The notes beneath the pieces were generated by a model. The model made no database searches. It had not been told where the DNA came from and worked only from the letters and a program-made list of their open reading frames with translations. A stretch of DNA of 64,000 bases. Source: Bugula neritina (taxonomy: Eukaryota > Animalia > Bryozoa). Every line of letters starts with the position of its first letter. Position 1 is the first letter of the stretch. Of the stretch, positions 1 through 30,672 are shown piece by piece. The stretch lies in contig OZ037768.1 in the NCBI GenBank assembly GCA_964035545.1, positions 7,162,741 through 7,226,740 of the forward strand, given 5' to 3'. Position numbers and translations under genes: made by a program.

Positions 1-198
1 AAATTATTTGTATTTTATTATATTATCATTGTAATAATATATAGCTTCAGTGGTAATTTATTGTGATATTATTTCATTTAATGACTTGCAGTCAGTTACC
101 AAGATGCAACGAAACTCTCTTGCTGAGCTTACACTGTGAAAGGTGTGCACATCGTTCCATCAGCTTCAAACTGCAGTCTATGGTTTTCAATTTTGTAG

Positions 199-3100
199 AA
201 ATTTTATTCTAGAAAATGAGATGAAGTTGTTGAGGAAAAACTTAGAGTGTGATGCAATCAGGAGTGCTGCTTACGATGTGAGAGTTATTACATAATAATG
301 TAGCACCGCGTCTTCTAAGGTTACCATTAGTTTGGAAACTTTTGTAAGCTGAGAATTTACAGCGCTTATTTAATTGTTTAAAGGCTAAAAAGCTAAAAAG
401 CCCTTGTCATCAGGGATTCTCACAGGAATAAGGGCTTTACCATACTAAAAACCTTTAAAAATTATTTGAAGCATGAAAAGATTGACGGTTTGTAACATGT
501 AGAGCTTGTAAATATTAGACATATACAAAATTTAATTTCTCAAGTATATATGTATTTTTTGCTTAAAGTTATAGTGGAAGAAAACAGTAAACCACAACAG
601 ATAGATATGTGGTTGTAGTTTGTGCAACTTACATAATGTCTGTATTATTTTAGTAGCTGGTACCATTTGACTTTCTCATTGTATGAGTGCAGTATATGTT
701 GTGCAAATAGACTATAAAGAACAGGCATACATAGTTTGAGAATAGCTCACATTGATGCTCTGGTAGATAGATGATGGCACAAAGAACACCAAAAGCAGAC
801 TTGTTATCTGGAACCAGCCAGGAAATGATGTTTCTGGTATCATTGCAAGAAGTGAGAAGGTGGTTCGAACGACTGAAAAGGTTTGTGGGATGAATTTGGA
901 TACATTCTTGCGAAATGAAACAAAGCAGTGCTTATCAAAGGCTATATTATATGTATAAAGTCTAAACTTTATGGTACACTTTTAGTAGGTTAAAATTTGT
1001 AAAGGTCATTTATTCTTGGAATTTTTATGCATTGTGTCTTTAAATAGGAAATTATACATGCATGGACAAGTTACAGGTTTTACCAATATTAGATTTTTTC
1101 AAAATCAAACAACCAGTTAGGAGTGTTTTAATGTTAATTTAAACTTTATTATTTCTCTGTTCAATGGCAAAACAGTAAATATTTAAAAAGATTGCAAACA
1201 TAAAAGTTATTGACTTCAACAGTATAATGTATATCCCACACAAATAAATAAAAAAGCCATGTGTATTTCAGTGTGAGATTTTTATGTGAATATTTCTATC
1301 TTAGCACTGTTAATTTTGTGTTAAACCTTTAAAAGGTGTTGAGCTATAAGCCAGCACAGTTTCATGTGAATCTATGTTTGACATCCACCAGCTTCTAGGT
1401 GGGGAAGTGTTCCATTATCACACTAAGCTCATACCCAAACAGCCACGCACTGGCGGAGTATTTCAATGGCACCAGGACTATGGCTACTGGTATAAAAATG
1501 GCAATCTCACTCCAGACATAAATACAGTTTATATTGCTATTGACAGATGTGACACCGAAAATGGATGCATTGAGGTTTGGTTTATCTAAGATTTGTTTCA
1601 TATTTGTACAAGCAAAACATAGGAATGAGTATTGCAAGGTTATGTTTATGGCAGGCTGACATATATATAGATGTAAACTAAAATGAATTACAAAATAATA
1701 TCCGATATAGTTGACCTTATAAATCAATTAGAAAGCATTGGTTAAAACTGTGTAGTTTGTTTCTTCAAATCGCTTATAAACTAATTGTCACCAGTATTGG
1801 CAGTTTGTTTAAAACTTTAAATCAACTGACATGTTTGTGATTCCTAAAAATGTGTGTTGTAGATTATGCCAGGTTCCCACAGGTGTGGCCGTATTGATCA
1901 TGGACCAATAGGAGGCCAGCAAGGGGCAAATCTTGAACGTGTTGAGTTGTTGAAAACTCGATTTTCTACAATTCCAGTTATTTTGAATTCAGGTAACAAA
2001 ATTTTCTAACATTGGCTTGTAACATATGTTTTTAGTTAGATAAAATGCATTATCAATAAACACGTGTGATCATGAGCAATTTTTGTGTTTTACCTACTCC
2101 TAACTTTAGTATATTGATTGTTGCTATATAAGCTAAATTATAGGAGTTTTCTATTTTATTGTATATTACTGTACTTCTCAGGTGATACCATGTTTTTCCA
2201 AAGCAATATTGTGCACAAGAGTAACGCTAATAACAGCGAAAGAAGGCGCTGGGCTCTGCTCTGCTCGTATAACTTGAAGGAAAATGAGTCATCTATAAAG
2301 CACCATCACAGTCCATACGTTCCTCTCGATGTTGTAAGTTTTTTAATAGTAATAATGCTTTTCTTACAGCATTGTTAACATGTTCTATTATCTGTCAGAC
2401 ATTTGCCCGTGAGATTGAGTGCTAGCGTACTAAAACATATCTTCATATAAAACATGGCAATGCAGTCATGCAAACGCAACACACCATTTGAACACATTCC
2501 AGTAAGCATCAATGTAATAATTAGTGAATTAATCTAATTCCAGTAACATTATGTGTCTGTGGATAGGTCAGCCTTGAATACATAAATTAAAAGAAGATCA
2601 GCAGTTCTTAGTAAAGATATAATTAAAAGATGTCCGAGAAGTCAGCGAAACTGATAAGCAGGAAATTTCCTTTTGTAACACACCCATAATACCTAATGTT
2701 GAGTTTAGCCTACATATTTAAGCCAAGCTTGTTGTCTTCTCCATTTGTTTTGACAGTTTTGTAAACTTTATTACACCTTTTGACCCAAGGTGACGGAGAT
2801 GTTTATGGAAATTGTCTTTTGAGAGACTTAGATTATGTATCTCATTAGGAGATTGCAAGGATGTCTGGCTGAATAAGCTTATAGCTTACATAAATAAATA
2901 TATTTTGCAATAACTTTCTCATTAGATGTGTGCTTAAAATAAAGCAAATACCGTTGTTTTGTTGAGCACACAATATTGTGATGCAATAGGACGAGCAGCA
3001 TTTGAACATATTCTTAGCTATATTTGGTGCATATAGAGAGTATTGGAAGCAGTTTGGTTATTCAAATCTATTCCCTAAAATAGAGATGAACTAATCTCTG

Positions 3101-3238
3101 CTACAGGTGCCTGATTCGGCCATATTGGAATGTACAAACTTTGATGATGTGAGCGGAAAGGAGTTTATTGATGCAAAGAGTGATAAAACTGTTGGGAAGA
3201 CTAAATATATTAGCGACGAAGATAAAGAAAAAATGTGA
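199..3238 (+). CDS. PhyH-family Fe(II)/2-oxoglutarate dioxygenase (proline 4-hydroxylase/ectoine hydroxylase-like), multi-exon, 5' end outside window
   Basis: In-phase GT-AG exons 199-277, 767-880, 1392-1574, 1863-1992, 2182-2333, 3107-3238 (TGA). Motifs: WNQPGND, FHYHTKL, WHQDYGYWY (H-x-D iron ligands), ENGCIEIMPGSH, GDTMFF..IVHKS..N.S.RRR (distal His and 2OG-binding Arg). Confidence 0.85.
395..445 (+). mobile_element. 3' fragment of the same SINE family
   Basis: aaaagcccttgtcatcagggattctcacaggaataag closely resembles aaaaacccttttcaccaggggttctcacagggatag (about 10615-10650). Confidence 0.5.
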
Positions 3239-3994
3239 CATGATGAAGCTTCTTCATACATTATGTCTACTTAGAGTCTACAAGCAATGCTTCAACACAA
3301 GGGAAGATAACTTTAGTTATATAGTACTAATTTTATTATTATGCATTACAACATCGTTATTGCAAGTTTTATCTGCAACAGCTGCACAACTTATAAAATG
3401 CAGCAATTAAGTCAATGAGACTTTTATACAACCACGTTGTTGAAACCTAATGGATAAAGTATGGTACACCTGTTTAATTCATGTATATGCTTGTCGCAAT
3501 GCAAACTATAGTCACTACAACTTTATCTTGAAATTACTAGGTCTGTCACCTTTTTCCAAAAGATATCAAAACTCAAATTAGAAGCAATACCAAGTAATAA
3601 AGGAGCTACTTTGTTTCACATAATGAAAACATGGAGGGCAGCCTAGTTCGACTTTTTAAAAACTTTTTCCAAAGTCTGCAAAGTAAAATTAACTTGACGT
3701 TGAAAATGCTGTAGTGAGTAAAAAATTATTTCTACAAAATTTCGTTTATAGCATATTATATATATTTTATTCATATAAATAAATAGCTCAAACAGTAATA
3801 GTACTTGACAGAGATATTACACAACCTTCAAAGCACAATCAAAAAAGGCTTATTAATACTTCAAAAATATTATTCATTACACATTTAATATACTGTTACA
3901 GCATAAAAACTAAAACTCATGCAACTCTTACACACTATAATATGAGTCATAAATCCAGTTACTAATATCAAATAGGTGAGTGCCAGAGTAAGCC

Positions 3995-23037
<19,043 letters not shown>

Positions 23038-24269
23038 ATTCTAGTTTCATAAAATAAACAAACTAAAAATATATCTTGATTTTTCACCAAAATGTAAAAT
23101 CTATATAAAATTATAGTTATTAAAGTGACTCGCTCATACACATAATTTTTTGTAATAAATTATTCTTTTCACAAAGCCTGAAAAATGGTATATTTAGAGT
23201 AAATAAATAAAAGTTATAATATATACATTACTAAATAATACAGCAATAAAAGAAAGTGCAATTGTTATTAGTAATTGGCAGCTATTCTTATTCTAGAATG
23301 TCATGCTTCATTTTTATATTAGTGACTTCAGTTTATACTTATACTCAAAAGTAGTTTTAAGAAGCCTGCATAAGTTTTAAGTTATTACTGTTTTAAAAAA
23401 GCTAAATTTTTGTAGTTTTCTGTCCCACCTTCAACATAGATTTAAAATAGTATAAGTATACTTTATAAATTTCTTACTCTTACTGATTCTGATTGAGACT
23501 CAGACTGAGAAGCTTAATTTTGTATTTGAATTCAAATTAAAATGACCCAATATATCATCTTTATATAAAACTTTAATTATCTAAACACTTTCTTTTTAAA
23601 TCAAACGAGGTGGCATGCAATGATGATCATTGCAATATTTTAAAGACTAAAACACTATGATGATGATGATCAAGTATTCACAGTATGACTATCGCGGTTA
23701 TACATTTAGCAGCTGCAGTATATTAAGTAGTTCCGATAGATTGACGTTGGCGCCACAACACTATTAATTTTTAAAATAACAATAACTACCTGCTGTTTGC
23801 AACGATTAAACTTATGGTTGCTAAGGCACGCGATGTTTTCGCAGGTGTACGATGTGATTTGATACTGAGTAGACAAATCCATTAGTAATGTGATCAAGAT
23901 GAAAAAAGTCACAAATTAAACTTTTATTGATTGCGACGCACCAATACAATGCCTGGTTGCAAGTCAAGTTTGCTAATCGGTGCAACCACTATTGCTACAG
24001 ATTTGATAATAACCATTTTCTCAAACACATAGAAGATATGAAACAATGAATAATAAACAGTGATCATTCAGCAAAGCTAAATACACAGATTTTTCGGAAG
24101 CTTGAAAATAATGCTTTTCTATGATGGTGCTAAAAATAGCCTGATCTATGCAAACTCTTATCTTGCATGTGGTAATTCACACAAATGTTCATTCACTTAA
24201 ACATATTTTAAGACCTGTCTGCCAATTAAGCAAAACATAAAAGTAACTGACCGTTGATCCATCAGAATC

Positions 24270-25220
24270 ATGGAGTTGAAGTACTTTGCACTCATCTTGA
24301 TTCTTGGGTAAAATATTTTTATGGAATGAAAATAATTTATGCCAATTAGTCTGTAATATCATTTCTACCCACTTCGCTTTGTATCTCTATTGTTTACGTA
24401 GATGTTTATTGATCATGTGCTATGAGTTACAGTTTTATCATTGTATATTTATAACTACTATGCTATCTATTTCATATTAATTATGTGTATATATTTTATT
24501 TATGTAGAATCTCTCAACTGCAAGGTGAAATTATTGAGCAGAAGCCAATAATAGAACAGAGACCTGTAGACTGGAAGAACTTTTTACAACAGCCAATTGG
24601 AGGTTACCCCAAAGCTACTAAGGTCCGCAAGCTATAACTATTTGTTCACATCTGTTACGTTTTAAAGCACTGTCACATGTTGTGCACTAAACTAAGGGCT
24701 TCTATCCTTGCAGGATGAAGGTGCAGCATGCAGGTTTAGCAGTGAATGTCTATCAGGTTGCTGTTCTGGTCAGTCTCGTAGAACATGTGGTGTTGCTGGC
24801 CAGCTTGGAGACTCTTGCAGCAACTTCCAAGTAAAAGGTGGTGCATATCCGGCAGGGTGCCCATGTGCAAACGGTATATCTTAACATATTTGTATGGTTT
24901 CTAATTATTTTTTGTAACTCTTTTAAATTGACAACTTCTCCATACAACGGCAAGGTCACATTTTTCTTTTCCCACCAGTAACTACAATTCTATTTTTATA
25001 CAATTAAACTTTAACTCCAAGTGGTTTCTTCCAGAATGTTAGTACGTAGTACTGATTAGCTTGGAAGTTAAAGTCAAATGCTAAAACAACTGTTAAGGTT
25101 GCAGATATCGTGGTTGTACTGCACAACTGAATTTAAGGGACCTTCATTTAACTGTTGTGTAACCATATTATTCTGTTTGCAGGGCTGACATGTGAAGGAT
25201 TTGTGTGTCATTTAAAATAA
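24270..25220 (+). CDS. Small secreted 10-cysteine peptide, colipase/prokineticin/Dickkopf-CRD2-like fold (116 aa)
   Basis: In-phase exons 24270-24307, 24508-24622, 24714-24873, 25183-25220 give MELKYFALILILGISQLQGEIIEQKPIIEQRPVDWKNFLQQPIGGYPKATKDEGAACRFSSECLSGCCSGQSRRTCGVAGQLGDSCSNFQVKGGAYPAGCPCANGLTCEGFVCHLK*. Signal peptide plus C-C-CC-C-C-CPC-C-C spacing. Confidence 0.8.
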
Positions 25221-25505
25221 ATCACATATCATGGATGTCTGGATTGCATGCTACAGATTTATTGAATTTTAACACTTGAAAAGTTAAAAATATACATCTA
25301 AATTAATTCTTGTTCATCAGTAACAAGTTACGTTCAATTTTCACAAAAAATGTTGTCACCCGTCCTTTAAAATTGAAAATAAAATAATTGAGAGGAATAC
25401 ACACTGATATTTATTTTGCTTTTTGTGTAAAGCATCTATGAACTTTCAGTACAAATTTGAAGACAGAAAGGAGAAATTATAGAGAAAAGCTGTCTGTTTG
25501 TCTAT

Positions 25506-28183
25506 TTACAGTTTTGGCACTAATATTTCCATTCTTCTGACTTTTTCACCTGCTTTTAATATGAAGCTATGCGCATCATCAAAAATAGATGCACCTACAG
25601 ACTCTCTCACTAACTCAATCCATTTTGCAACTTTAGGATAGTGGGTGAGCACATCCATGCCAAGACCCACCTGTACTTGCATCACTTCGCAAACACCCAA
25701 AAGATCTGCTATAGACAATGAGTCACTATTCACAAATGGCGTATCCTTGAGATAAACTTGCTCGATTCTTTCCAGTGATGCTTTCAATACCTTAACACCC
25801 AACTGAACTGATTTCTCATCTATTGGCATTTTTCCCGATGCCGGTTGAGAGAACTACAAAAAGTGAAAACCTAAAACTGAAATCCATGTGTCTGATAAGA
25901 TATCATGCAAGTCAAAAACATGAAATAAACAATAAATAGTATTAGCAATATGCACAACAAAACGTAGAGTGAGTCATTTGCACTTATTGCAAGAATAACC
26001 TTGTCATACCAGAGCTACAAACAGAATACTGCCACCATATCGCAGATTAAGATGCTGCCAGTGAGTAAACGCCTCTATCTTAGCACGATGCCGTAAGTCT
26101 TTAGGGTAAAGAGAATGGATGTTGTGTTTGTTACACAAATACTGCAGAATGGGGACACTAAAACAAATACATTTGTGGAAGGTACAGAATGGTCTGTTTT
26201 AGATATGCCAGACTTTCTATATATTAGCTGCAGCAACATAAATTCAAAGCCTATAGCTAACAGACTAGCATTATAGTCGTATAGCATATAATAGGGATTA
26301 CCAACTAACAATCATTTTAATTTTAGAAATTTACCATTCAAGCCATTGTCAACTAAAAAGTTTGTAATGTTAAAAAATTGGAACTGGTATCAACAGACAA
26401 AATCAGTCACAGTTTATTAATAACTTGCTGCTTTATAAAAATGTATTGTTTTTATTTCTGTGTAAGCCTACTCTTATATGAAAATAAGGCAAATATTAAA
26501 AAATAATTCATTGTTCAGATTTAAGTAAAGATATATTAGACAATAAACCAACGTACACGTATTACAAATAAAGACTATGATTTACCTTTCTGAAAGAAGA
26601 AATCCACCATCATCTATAGCAGGAACAGTATGAAAAGGGTTTATCTTCAAAAACTCCGCTTTATTATGTTCACCTAACAAAAGGTAAAAAAAAACTCAAT
26701 ACAGTGGGCGCACAACTACAAGAAATGTCTGAATAAGGTAAATACTTGGTATAAAGGAGTCCAGTTGGTTGATGTTCAGATGTGCACACAGAGTTGGAAA
26801 AATAAAGCTACTTTTGCTGTTTGCAGACTCTTATATTGTTGGCCAGTTGGAAATAAAGGGAGATGTAAAAATAAAAATAACACTACGCCCCTATGCGTTG
26901 GTTATGTGAATAGATCTTTCCTTCGATGCACGGAGCCGGTGGCTTCGAATGAAAGCACAACCACAAAGCAAATTGATTTATACTGATCTATTCTAAGCAT
27001 GTGGATGTAGTATAAAAAACTCTGCAAAGACAATGCATAGCACATACATACTTGCAAATAATGGCTACTCTCTGTTCATGACTATGCATTATGCATGTTA
27101 CTGCATATTGCATACTCTAGCCTAATTAGCAAATGAAGACAAGTGCTTTTTTTGGGAATGGAAAGCAGTGACAGGGTTGCAATGAAAGAGAACTGTATTC
27201 TATCACTTGAAAGTTGAATAAATTCTTATCTACACAGTACTGCATTATCACATTGCACCAGGCATTTGAATTCCACATTAAAAATGCAGTGTGATTATAG
27301 AAGGTCAAAGAGTACCTTGTTTGGTACTTCTGTCTTTCTAGCTAATATGTCAGATTATTGAGAAGTCTTAAACTTCCCGATGTTTTAGCTATTTACTAAC
27401 GGTTTATGGGTAATGTAAATTTAATTATATTTAATGAATAATGAGCAACTGTAGGAACTTTTAAATGATAAGTTTAAATCACTTGGCAATATAATTGGTA
27501 ATAAGTGTTGCATAAAAACTTACTCTACAATAACTAATCAAAATATACAATATCCATCAAAGTGAAGCATCATATGGCATCAGGAGTAAATCAACAAAAC
27601 TCTATAAACCTATGCATGGCCTTTTATTGGCATAAGATGTTGGGACTTTACATAAGTTGGGAAAGCTTTTCCCTAATGCATGATAGCTTTTCACATATCA
27701 TCTCAGCCAGCTATATTATGCTTTTTTCACATTCATTATAGCTAATACACAGAAGCTAACTTTTTTGACTAGTATAAAAGCCTAGCATTTTTCACTTATC
27801 CACACTTTCGTCTCACACTTGTAACTTGCAACTTATACCTTATTATATAACCTTTTTCACATTGCTATTTTCTTTCAGTCTGCGACAATAAATATTTATT
27901 TCCATACACATAAAACACAACATAAGAAATGTGTTGTCTCAATACTCTGTGTTTATAAAAATATTATCATTGTATTAATAATGACTACAGCCATTCTTAG
28001 AGTTCACAGTTATGCTAGTACTAATCAACATAATTACAGTTTGTAAATTTATATACTTAGGAAAGAACACTTGTCTTTTCTAAGGGCTACATGTTGAATG
28101 GTGTGCGAAATTTGAGTAAATTTTAGAAATATGTACAATGCTCTAGAAGGCTGAGATATTAAATCCACATATGCTTTAAGCAT
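25506..28183 (-). CDS. GSTT: Glutathione S-transferase theta class, copy A (intron 1 donor non-canonical; possibly defective)
   Basis: Exons 28183-28075 (MLKAYVDLISQPSRAL), 26673-26586 (INPFHTVPAIDDGGFLLSES), 26157-26010 (WQHLNLR), 25853-25506 (SIADLLGVCEVMQ). The intron 1 donor reads ACAAGT. Confidence 0.75.
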
Positions 28184-28273
28184 CTTGATCTTGATTTTAG
28201 AATGCCAAAATTCTTATGACTCAACTCCTACTCTGTAAATGTAAAAAATATTGCTATTATAATTATGGTTTTA

Positions 28274-28439
28274 GGCAAAAATGGCACAAGTACGAGTAAT
28301 AATGGCACAAATGGAAAAGTATGTAAAAATGGCACACTGATGTTAAATTTGCCCAAACCTCAAACCCCAGTATTGTAAATATGCCATTTCTACCTGTGCC
28401 ATCATTACCTGTGCCATTTTTATTTATGTCATTTTTACC
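28274..28439. repeat. Foldback/MITE-like element built from inverted AATGGCAC units
   Basis: Left arm has three aatggcac copies; right arm has tgccat copies in reverse orientation. Ends ggcaaaaatggcac and atgtcatttttacc are near-complementary. Confidence 0.65.
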
Positions 28440-30672
28440 GGACATCTATAACTATAATCATACTATAAATGCTTTTTATTTCAACTATAGCTAAAATTAT
28501 ATTTATTAGAGAACATTTTTTAAGCTATACAAATCAAAATGTTTAGCTATAATTACTATCTATCAGACTTCGGGTCAATATTAATATAACATTATCTATT
28601 CCCAAAAGTAAACAGAGTTACTGCAAAGCAACTAGAAAAATATTTAGTCTCAGATTTAAGTTTTACTTGAATAATCTTTTAGGTTTTAAGGCAATACTAA
28701 CAGCTGTTTTTTAAGTTTAAGTTTTAGTGTAAATGTTGGATTGAAAGGAAAAGGCCAATGTGTAAATTTAAATCATTACAATAACTATTAGTATAGCAAT
28801 CAAATTTAAGCTCGATGACAGATGGCTAGAACCAAAACTTTTACTCGTTTATTACTCATTACTGATTACTCATTAGACTTAGTTACACTTACTGTCTTTG
28901 TTACTATTAGTCAATAACTTCAAGTTTTAATTTAAAAATAACTTTAGGTGAGTGAGTAATTGAGTGGTAGTGATTCACTTTCAGATGGTAAAACTGAATG
29001 TAGATTCAATTAATATTATAGACTTAGAGTTTAGTGGTTTTGAGTTGGCTTCATAAAAAAACTAAAAAGAAACCTACTGGAAAATTTGAGCTTTGCTAAC
29101 AGTAACTGCTATTAGTATTACTTATTAGTTATTACTTATTAGTAATACACATAATTTGAGAAATTAAGGATGAGAATAGCATAAACCTTAACATATAAGA
29201 TCCAAATGGTTCATTATTTCTAAACTCAAAGGGTTAAACTTATTATAAATATATTTATTATATTCATATTGATATTGATAATTTAAATTTTTATACATCA
29301 CTCCGATTATTTGCAAGTTGCAACGGTGGTTCTTTAAGAAAGTTGCTAGAAGTAGCACCAAGTTCATGATCACTGAGTGCAGTAGTTTGAAAGTTTTAAG
29401 TTCGAAGTTGGGGTAGGAACCCTGAATCCCCAACTCTAAACTCAAGATCATAAATTACTGCACTCAATGAGTTGGTACTAGTAAATGTAGCAACTTTCAC
29501 TTTCGTTTCCTAGACTCACGCAACCTTCAACTTAGCAATGCTGGCCGTAAGTTTGGTTACGAACTAACGGGGCGAAGTAACAGATAACGAAATAAATCAT
29601 ACTAAGGCCAGGTTCTGCAAAGGGGTCTCTTGCACGCCCACAACGCACGTGTTGATTTGAACGACAAATTATTTTTGCGCGTATAAAAGTAAGGGCCTGG
29701 CTTGAAGTATTTCAAGCCAAAGGGTTAAAGGTCCAATATCACTCCGCTTCAAGCATTCCATCCTCTACCAAAATGTTTTCATTAGTAGCAGGTACCCCCA
29801 AATGACTTATCAGTTATAAACACTATTATCTCTATCTAAAGCAGAATAATATCTTAGAAAAGAGATATTTAGTGTAATATTTGTAATAGCATCAGCACAA
29901 AGTTGTAGTTAAACTCAATTTTTTGTCTATATTGGGCAAACTTCCAAAATTTTCACAGATTTTATTTTATTTTTAATGACCATGACCAGTGAATTTTTTC
30001 AATAATTATAATCATGTGGTTTATTTGGACTCATAGATGCAAAGGCAGAAATATAAAGCACTAGTTCAGCATTAGTTAGAGTTTTATTCTGTTTTAGAAG
30101 GCGTGGAATTTCATTTGGAGTATTGAATAAAATATTGCATTTTATAATTAATAATTAATATTGTTGTGTATACTGATAGGTCTACTAATATCTACCTACA
30201 ATTTTTTAGGTTGCTTCATGCAATAGAAAAGGTAGAAATTTAACTTAAATGCTCATTTTTCTAGATAAACTTGTTGTGTAAACAAAAAGCTAATCTTACA
30301 ATCTGTTGCCATCAAATTATTCAATATATATCAATTTAATAGATAACACTCTAATAAAGCTGAATTTCTCATTGAAAATAATCAATTAGTAAAGTGTACT
30401 ATCAATATGGTTTTATTGTTGAAAGTGCCTTTAAAGGCTAGTCTTGTTATATATTTTACAAGAAATAATAGTTGTTTAGTGGATAGATTATAGACTAAAA
30501 TTAAACGTGATTTATATAAAAAGTTGCATCACAATTCATTAAAAAACTACCTTTAAGAAAATAATTCATAACAAAAATACCTAACAAAGAAATTAAAATT
30601 TTTATATAACTACCTTTCAATTTTATATAAGTCAGAATTTAGCTACATTTTAACTTGTAAAAGTTTCAGCAT

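Noticed and set aside
29225-29730. piggyBac-like ends (AAAGGG-TTAA at about 29229 and 29719) with a small hairpin ggcttgaa/ttcaagcc
   Set aside because: Both face the same way and no matching left end was found, so no element can be delimited.
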